From positions 420,001 through 452,000 of the forward strand of contig NC_018655.1 in assembly GCF_000299365.1 (NCBI RefSeq): 32,000 bases of DNA. The letters run 5' to 3'. Shown in pieces: positions 25,822 to 32,000 of this stretch. Position 1 is the stretch's first letter. Every line of letters begins with the position of its first letter. The position numbers were made by a program, and so were the translations under genes. The notes below the pieces were generated by a model. It was not told where the DNA came from and searched no databases. It worked only from the letters and a program-made list of their open reading frames with translations. This DNA is from Candidatus Nitrosopumilus koreensis AR1 (GTDB taxonomy: Archaea; Thermoproteota; Nitrososphaeria; Nitrososphaerales; Nitrosopumilaceae).

Positions 25822-27219
25822 ATGTCTCAAACACTTTCCAAATTAGATACAAGTCACATTGATGAAATTTCTTCATCATATAATGAACCTGATTGGCTAA
25901 AAAATTACAGGAAAGACTCTTTGTCTGTTTATGACAGTCTTCCAATTGAACTATCTCCTCTTTACAATAAGTATACTGATGCAAAAAAAATGGATCCTGA
26001 AAAAGTTTCATTGTCTGCATCAACTGCACAAACCACACCTTCTTTTCTTCAAAAAAGATTGGGCGAACTTGAAAACGAAATTTGCATTATCCAAATTGGC
26101 ACACACATAACTAAAATCAACCTACCTGAAGATCTAAAATCAAAAGGATTGGTAATCTCTTCTATTTCTGATGCAATTGCAAACAATTCCGAACTAGTCA
26201 AAAAAGCACTAGAATCATCAAAATCTCAAGATGATAAATTCACTGCCTTAAACAATGCAGCCTTTAACTCAGGTATATTCATCCACATTCCACGTAATTT
26301 GATTCTAGAAAAACCAATTCATTTCTTATCTTGCTTGTCTGATGATGGGCTCTCAGTAATATCTAGGAACATCATTTTTGCTGATGAAAGCAGCAAAGCA
26401 ACAGTTGTCCAAGAACTATATTCTCCAAAATCTGATTCTCAACAAGCATATCTGGAATTACTCAACACCAATGTTGCAGCAAATGCGCAACTTGATGTTA
26501 CCACATTACAAATGATTGATCAACATGCAGTTAACTTTTCTACACGAAGAACTGATCTTGCACAAGATGCAAAAATAAACTGGTATTCTGGACTCTTTGG
26601 TTCAATGCTGTCCAGATACAAAATTGACTATTTCCTAAATGGAACAGGTGCATCATCAAATGATTCAGAAGTTGTATTTGGAAATAATGAACAGTCATTT
26701 GACATTCAAACAAATGTGAATCATGAGAGTCCTGCAACTGAGGGGCGTGTAGTTGAAAAATCAATCCTTAGAAACAAATCAAAATCTTTGTTCAAAGGTA
26801 TGATTCGAATTAAAGAAAAGGCTGTCAAATCAAACTCTTTTTTGTCTGGCCGTTCAATTCTGTTGGATAAAGATGCAAAATCTGATGCAATTCCTGGACT
26901 TGAAATTTTCACAAATGATGTTAAAGCAACACACTCTGCATCAGTAGCTCAAATTGATGAAGAACAAGTATTCTACTTGAAAACAAGATGTCTAAGCCAT
27001 GAAGAAGCTGAAAGAACTATTGTTGAAGGATTTTTGGAACCACTTTCAAGAAAGATGTCTTACCAAGTCAGGGCATGGATTGCTTATCTTATTGAATCTA
27101 AATGGGAAAACCGTGAACTTACTGTCAATACTGATGAAGAACTAACCAAATTTGTTGAAGTAGAAGAAACACGTTACAACGAAGATGCTGAAATAGAACA
27201 ACACTACAAGTATAGGTGA
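25822..27219 (+). CDS. sufD: Fe-S cluster assembly protein SufD
   Basis: SufB/D-family C-terminus: LLDKDAKSDAIPGLEIFTNDVKATHSASVAQIDEEQVFYLKTRCLSHEEAERTIVEGFLEPL. Confidence 0.93.
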   Translation: MSQTLSKLDTSHIDEISSSYNEPDWLKNYRKDSLSVYDSLPIELSPLYNKYTDAKKMDPEKVSLSASTAQTTPSFLQKRLGELENEICIIQIGTHITKINLPEDLKSKGLVISSISDAIANNSELVKKALESSKSQDDKFTALNNAAFNSGIFIHIPRNLILEKPIHFLSCLSDDGLSVISRNIIFADESSKATVVQELYSPKSDSQQAYLELLNTNVAANAQLDVTTLQMIDQHAVNFSTRRTDLAQDAKINWYSGLFGSMLSRYKIDYFLNGTGASSNDSEVVFGNNEQSFDIQTNVNHESPATEGRVVEKSILRNKSKSLFKGMIRIKEKAVKSNSFLSGRSILLDKDAKSDAIPGLEIFTNDVKATHSASVAQIDEEQVFYLKTRCLSHEEAERTIVEGFLEPLSRKMSYQVRAWIAYLIESKWENRELTVNTDEELTKFVEVEETRYNEDAEIEQHYKYR

Positions 27220-27533
27220 TTTTTTTGTCTGAATGGATAAAGGTCTGTAATATAGATCAAGTAAAAGAAGGACAACTTTTTGGATTTACGCATGATGAAA
27301 AAAAAATTCTTTTAGCAAATTTAAAGGGAAAAATCCATGCAACAGATCTAATTTGTACTCATGCTGATGCTGATCTTTCAACTGGATTTCTAAGTGATGA
27401 AGGTGTACGATGTCCATTACATCTCTCTGTTTTCAACTTAGAGAGTGGTGAACCTCAAAACCTTCCTGCTGAAACACCTCTAAAAGTATACAATGTTAAA
27501 ATAGACGACAGCGAAATTTACGTGGAGGTTTAA
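27216..27533 (+). CDS. Rieske-type [2Fe-2S] ferredoxin-like protein
   Basis: CTHADADLSTGFLSDEGVRCPLH (CxH...CxxH). Confidence 0.88.
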   Translation: MIFLSEWIKVCNIDQVKEGQLFGFTHDEKKILLANLKGKIHATDLICTHADADLSTGFLSDEGVRCPLHLSVFNLESGEPQNLPAETPLKVYNVKIDDSEIYVEV

Positions 27534-27536
27534 GAT

Positions 27537-28781
27537 ATGCAAAGTGTAGAATCAACTTTTGAAAATTTAAGAAAAGATTTCCCTATACTTACAAGAACTG
27601 TTAGAGATAACAAACACTTAGTTTATCTTGATAATGCATCTACTACACAAAAACCAAATCAAGTAATTGATGCTATTACTGATTATTATCAAAACCATAA
27701 TGCAAATATCCATAGAGCAGTTTATGCTCTAGCTGAAGAAGCAACAGAAGCTTATGAAGAAGCTAGAGATAAGATTGCAAATTTTGTTAACATTAAAGAT
27801 CGACAGGAGATAATCTTTGTTAGAGGAACAACTGAAGCAATTAATCTAGTTGCATATGCATGGGGAAGGACTCACATCAATGAAGGGGATATTATTGTCA
27901 CTACTGAATATGAACACCATAGCAATATCGTTCCATGGCAACTTCTTACACAAGAAAAACGTGCAAAATTAGAATATATTGGAATGGATGATAATGGTGA
28001 ACTGATTTTGGATGATCTTGACAAACTTTTGGCAACAGGCAAAGTAAAACTTGTAACATTTAGTTTGATGTCAAATGTACTTGGTACAATCACTGATGCT
28101 CCAAAAATTATTGAAAAATGTAAAGCAGCAGGTGTTCTTACATTAATTGATGGAGCTCAAGCAGTACCTCACATGAAAGTTGACCTTGAACAATTAGGAT
28201 GTGACTTTTTTGCATTTTCTGGCCATAAAATGTTAGGTCCGACTGGAATTGGTGTATTATGGGTTAGAAAATCTGTGCTTAATACTATGAGTCCATTTCA
28301 TGGTGGTGGTGATATGATTCGTGAGGTCCACAAATATGAAACAACTTGGAATGATTTGCCTTACAAATTTGAGGCAGGAACTCCAAACATTGCTGATGTT
28401 GTAGGTCTTGGAGCCGCAATTGACTATCTCACAAAAATTGGAATGGATAATATCCGTGAACATGAAATCGAACTAACAAAATATGCTATTGAGAAATTAT
28501 CTCAAGTTAAGGGACTTCACATCTATGGCACTAAAGATATTTCAAAACGTGGTGGTGTAATCTCATTTAATTTTGCAGATGTGCATCCACATGATGTGGC
28601 CCAAATTATTGATGAAGAGGGAATTGCAGTACGATCTGGCCATCATTGTGCGCAAGTGTTAATGGAGAGACTAAATGTTGCAGCTACATCCAGAGCAAGT
28701 TTTTACATTTACAACACTAAAGAAGATATTGATGTACTTGTTAATTCATTAAATACGGTGGCAAAGGTGTTCAAGTTATGA
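27537..28781 (+). CDS. sufS: Cysteine desulfurase SufS
   Basis: VYLDNASTTQKPNQVIDAI, FSGHKMLGPTGIGVLW (PLP Lys), AVRSGHHCAQVLMERL (active Cys). Confidence 0.97.
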   Translation: MQSVESTFENLRKDFPILTRTVRDNKHLVYLDNASTTQKPNQVIDAITDYYQNHNANIHRAVYALAEEATEAYEEARDKIANFVNIKDRQEIIFVRGTTEAINLVAYAWGRTHINEGDIIVTTEYEHHSNIVPWQLLTQEKRAKLEYIGMDDNGELILDDLDKLLATGKVKLVTFSLMSNVLGTITDAPKIIEKCKAAGVLTLIDGAQAVPHMKVDLEQLGCDFFAFSGHKMLGPTGIGVLWVRKSVLNTMSPFHGGGDMIREVHKYETTWNDLPYKFEAGTPNIADVVGLGAAIDYLTKIGMDNIREHEIELTKYAIEKLSQVKGLHIYGTKDISKRGGVISFNFADVHPHDVAQIIDEEGIAVRSGHHCAQVLMERLNVAATSRASFYIYNTKEDIDVLVNSLNTVAKVFKL

Positions 28782-29221
28782 GTAGTAATGCTGACATTTA
28801 CCATGAAATGATTGTGGATTATTCAAGAAATCCAATTAACTATGGAAAAATTGAGAATCACGATGTTACTTTTCATGATTCAAACCCCTTATGCGGTGAT
28901 AGTATTGACATTGATATGAAAATTGATGACAACAAGGTTACTGATATCAAATTTCATGGTAAGGGATGTGCAATTTGCATGGCATGTTCTTCTGTTCTGA
29001 CTGAAATTACCAAAGGAAAAAGTATTGAGGATGTAAGAAAAATTGAAAAAAATGATGTCTTAAGTGAATTGGGTCTTGAACATCTTCAGGCGGTCCGAAT
29101 AAAATGTGCCTTATTGTCTCTTAAGGTGCTTAAATCTGCTCTTTATACCTACATTGGAAAACATCTTGAAAACTCAGAAGATGTGGACAAACTAAAAGAA
29201 GAGGCAGCAAATCTGTACTAG
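28778..29221 (+). CDS. sufU: SufU-like Fe-S scaffold
   Basis: HDSNPLCGDSIDIDMKIDDNKVTDIKFHGKGCAICMACSSVLTE; Cys-containing C-terminus RIKCALL. Confidence 0.93.
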   Translation: MSSNADIYHEMIVDYSRNPINYGKIENHDVTFHDSNPLCGDSIDIDMKIDDNKVTDIKFHGKGCAICMACSSVLTEITKGKSIEDVRKIEKNDVLSELGLEHLQAVRIKCALLSLKVLKSALYTYIGKHLENSEDVDKLKEEAANLY

Positions 29222-29222
29222 T

Positions 29223-29567
29223 ATGAGTTTTACTCCTAATGTTCCAGTTGAACTTCAAATAAGAAAGATAATTTTTGAAAAATTTAATGAAGTTGACACA
29301 ATTTTTACAAACGATTCCATTTTTGAGATTCTTAAAACAAATGGTGACATTAATCCTTCTTGGATAATTGATGATATTGAATCTTTTATCAATGAACTTT
29401 GTGCGTCTGGTCTTGCAAGAAACGTTGCACAAAATTTCACAACAATTCATCTAAAACTATTTGATACTGTTGAAAAACTTCACTGCAATGCTTGTGGCCA
29501 AGATGTCTTTCTTGGAAAATCTGAAGACCGAATTTGCCCAAACTCTTCGTGTAAATCTACTATTTAG
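29223..29567 (+). CDS. Hypothetical protein with C-terminal zinc ribbon (CNAC...CPNSSC)
   Basis: Long ORF 1 nt after sufU; LHCNACGQDVFLGKSEDRICPNSSCKSTI. Confidence 0.75.
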   Translation: MSFTPNVPVELQIRKIIFEKFNEVDTIFTNDSIFEILKTNGDINPSWIIDDIESFINELCASGLARNVAQNFTTIHLKLFDTVEKLHCNACGQDVFLGKSEDRICPNSSCKSTI

Positions 29568-30786
29568 ATTGGTATTTTATTCTGGCATCTTCAAGTGCTT
29601 TTATCATTGGTAATTTTTCTCCTGTAAGATAAAGTACTAATGCTCCACCTGCCGTACTGATATGATTGATTTTGTCTGCCAAGCCTTGTTGTTTTAATGC
29701 AGTTGTCAGGTGACCTCCACTAACAATTGTAGTTGCCATTGAATTTGCAACTGCAGTCAGTAGTGCCTTTGTACCATAGCTGAAATTCTCTTTCTCAAAA
29801 AATCCTGCTGGGCCGCTGATAAATACAGTTCCGGCACCTGCAATTAATTTTGAATAATATTCGACAGTTTTTGGACCTAAATCAAAAATCTTATCTCCTT
29901 TGCCCATCTCTCTTACATCCATCTCTACTCTTTCACCATCTTTGTCAATTGCAATATCTACTGGTGTTGCAAACACATCTGGATATTCACCTATCAATGT
30001 GTGAGCTTTTGCAACCACTTCTTCTTCTCTTTTTATTCCAAGCGGAGATTTTACTCTGGCTTGTGCACGCATGAACACATTTCCTATCAATCCTGTTAAC
30101 AAGACATGATCTGCACGTCCATTTTGAATGAGTAATTTGATTGCCTCAAGTCTGTCTGGTACTTTAGATCCTCCAAGAACTATCACATGAGGCGCTTTAG
30201 CTACAGTCATGATTTCATCTAGGTTTCGAACCTCTCTTTCAACAATTCTTCCTGCACATGCAGGTAATACTTGTGGAAAACCAACAATTGATGGGTGTGA
30301 TCTGTGAGCACTAGGAAATGAATCTAATACACAAAGATCAAATAGTTTGGCCAAGCGTGTCACCATTATTGTTTTTGCTGCATTCTCTGGTGTAAACTCG
30401 TAGTTTTCTTCTGCACATAATCTGAGATTATCTAAAAGTAGAATGTCTCCATTTTCTAAATTCTTAATTGCATTTTGTGCAGCTTCTCCAATTACATCTT
30501 CGACATATTTTATTTTACGATTCATCAATTTTTCAAGAACTTTTGCATGTTTGTCCATACCGGTATAATCATTATTTCCAACTCTTCCTTGGTGTGATGC
30601 AACTACTACTTTGGATTCCTTTAGTGATTGTAATGTTTCAATAGCTTCTTCAATTCTTTTAGTGCCTGAAATCTCCATTGTTTCTGGATCAATTGGACAA
30701 TTCATGTCGACCCTCAAAAAAACAGTTTTACCTTTTAAGTCAAAATCGTCTAGTGTGAGTACCTTCACGCCTTTTCTATTATCCAC
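29560..30786 (-). CDS. pgk: Phosphoglycerate kinase
   Basis: GKTVFLRVDMNCPIDPETMEI, VVASHQGRVG, VLGGSKVPDRLEAIKLLI, ISTAGGALVLYLTGEKLP. Confidence 0.96.
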   Translation of the reverse strand: MDNRKGVKVLTLDDFDLKGKTVFLRVDMNCPIDPETMEISGTKRIEEAIETLQSLKESKVVVASHQGRVGNNDYTGMDKHAKVLEKLMNRKIKYVEDVIGEAAQNAIKNLENGDILLLDNLRLCAEENYEFTPENAAKTIMVTRLAKLFDLCVLDSFPSAHRSHPSIVGFPQVLPACAGRIVEREVRNLDEIMTVAKAPHVIVLGGSKVPDRLEAIKLLIQNGRADHVLLTGLIGNVFMRAQARVKSPLGIKREEEVVAKAHTLIGEYPDVFATPVDIAIDKDGERVEMDVREMGKGDKIFDLGPKTVEYYSKLIAGAGTVFISGPAGFFEKENFSYGTKALLTAVANSMATTIVSGGHLTTALKQQGLADKINHISTAGGALVLYLTGEKLPMIKALEDARIKYQSK

Positions 30787-30903
30787 TTGGTTAAATTCTT
30801 TGAGCCGATCAGAATTATTTTATCAATTCCTTTTCAACAACAATGATTTCCAAAACTTATCTATTGACAAAAATTAAAAGATGCATACATGGAGTTTGAT
30901 TGA

Positions 30904-31572
30904 TTGCAAAACTGGCTTTTTGATATTAGGTCTCGCTCATTTGTATTACTGACAATTTTATTTTTAATTCTAACTGGATTTGTCTATTCGGGAATCACAG
31001 ACAGCTTTGATCAAAGTGTTGTTTTATTTTTCTCTCAAAATATTGGAAATCCAACTCTTGACATTGTAATGCAGTATGTTACAGAAAGTGGTGATGTCTT
31101 TAACATGCTAATGTTTGGAATTCTGATGTTAATTATTCCTAAAACTCGAAGAATTGGAATTACCTTAATGATTCTAATTGTGTTGTCTACTCTTCTAACT
31201 GGCTACATAAAATGTGGAGTTGACCGTGACAGGCCTGATTTTGATTATGAGGGTGTAGAATTTCCTGTAGAAATCAGCCGCGATACTTTTGCCCTGTTCT
31301 GTGAAGGAGGATTTGATGCATCTTATCCATCTGGACATGCTGCTAGGTCTATGATATTTGGAATAATTTTAGGCTATGCATTATCTGAGAGATTCCCACG
31401 TGGGGCATATTTGATGTTCTTGTATCCTGTAATGATCTCTGTGAGCAGAATCTATGTTTTACAACATTATCCTATGGATGTGATAGGAGGGGCTGTCATT
31501 GGAATAATGCTTGCAGGTGTAATGGCAAATAGAACTAAACTCTATAAAATTTTTGAAAAATCAAAAACCTAA
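30904..31572 (+). CDS. PAP2-family membrane phosphatase
   Basis: KCGVDRDRPDF, YPSGHAARSM, SRIYVLQHYPMDVIGGAVIG. Confidence 0.92.
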   Translation: MQNWLFDIRSRSFVLLTILFLILTGFVYSGITDSFDQSVVLFFSQNIGNPTLDIVMQYVTESGDVFNMLMFGILMLIIPKTRRIGITLMILIVLSTLLTGYIKCGVDRDRPDFDYEGVEFPVEISRDTFALFCEGGFDASYPSGHAARSMIFGIILGYALSERFPRGAYLMFLYPVMISVSRIYVLQHYPMDVIGGAVIGIMLAGVMANRTKLYKIFEKSKT

Positions 31573-31890
31573 TTCTGTCAATGCTGAATTACTGATCAAA
31601 ACTATTGCATAGTGGTCATCATCATGATGATATGTCCAATACCTGACATCTCGGATTTCATTTTTTTGTCTTAATCCATGAGTTACCCCTGTTGTAACAG
31701 TGTATCCAATTCTTTTTGCTAATTTTGATTCTTTTGGCATCAAAACTCTGAATCCTTCCTTTTTATCTTGGAATCCGATTCTCACCATGTCTTCCACAGC
31801 ATTTGATGCTTCTTTTTCATCTTTTAGATCATATGTTTTAGAAATTGGCAAGTCTTTTGGATGAAAATCCATGATTATTATCAAATTCAT
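31561..31890 (-). CDS. Hypothetical protein (109 aa)
   Basis: ORF overlapping the PAP2 3' end by 12 bp; reasonable composition. Confidence 0.6.
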   Translation of the reverse strand: MNLIIIMDFHPKDLPISKTYDLKDEKEASNAVEDMVRIGFQDKKEGFRVLMPKESKLAKRIGYTVTTGVTHGLRQKNEIRDVRYWTYHHDDDHYAIVLISNSALTELGF

Positions 31891-32000
31891 TGACTAATAT
31901 TTTTTAAAAAAATGATTTTGGCGATCAATATTAGTTAATTTTCTTAACTGGTAAGTCAAATCCTGATTATATTAACAACTTAATCGACTCTTTTGATTTG

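Noticed and set aside
25646-26038. Overlapping frames inside the sufB/sufD region (25646..26038, 25048..25245, 26540..26764)
   Set aside because: They overlap strongly supported SufB/SufD coding sequence and have biased, His/Leu/Gln-rich compositions typical of off-frame reading.
28257-29450. Minus-strand ORFs inside sufS/sufU and the following gene
   Set aside because: They lie opposite well-supported coding sequence and show no recognisable motifs.
31911-32000. Possible minus-strand gene end (…KSKESIKLLI* then SGFDLPVKKIN*) with an in-frame TAA
   Set aside because: Only about 20 codons are visible at the window edge, not enough to support a CDS or a stop-codon readthrough claim.

Overview
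The window looks like a stretch of an ammonia-oxidising archaeon (Thaumarchaeota/Nitrososphaeria-like). The lineage call is inferred from gene content and style, not from a database search. The left ~3.3 kb looks like the integrase-proximal end of an integrated element. It holds an intact tyrosine recombinase with a zinc-ribbon/coiled-coil tail, abutting the 3' end of a tRNA-Glu(CTC). It also has a cluster of ATCGAT-cored inverted repeats and a small operon: a (GSGT)n-linker winged-helix-like protein followed by a HEPN-like Rx6H protein whose frame breaks at an A8 tract. That operon is the best candidate for an undescribed accessory (defence or toxin-antitoxin-like) module, but its 5' end lies outside the window. 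The rest is mostly recognisable core genome: secreted proteins, a TPR protein, a frameshifted C-terminal beta-propeller protein, a PRC-barrel protein, an ABC exporter, a triple-repeat secreted protein, DUF47/PiT phosphate transport, an SbtA-like bicarbonate transporter with a PII-like partner, arsR/arsC/aquaporin, hemL-hemC-cobA-hemD, sufB-sufD-Rieske-sufS-sufU, pgk and a PAP2 phosphatase. Several microproteins absent from the ORF track are readable, including a 47-aa CxC-rich metallothionein-like protein. Three genes in the first 8.2 kb appear broken by single-base indels. A 14-bp motif containing a perfect palindrome (TTCTATATAGAA) precedes two genes, one of them the start of the phosphate operon.
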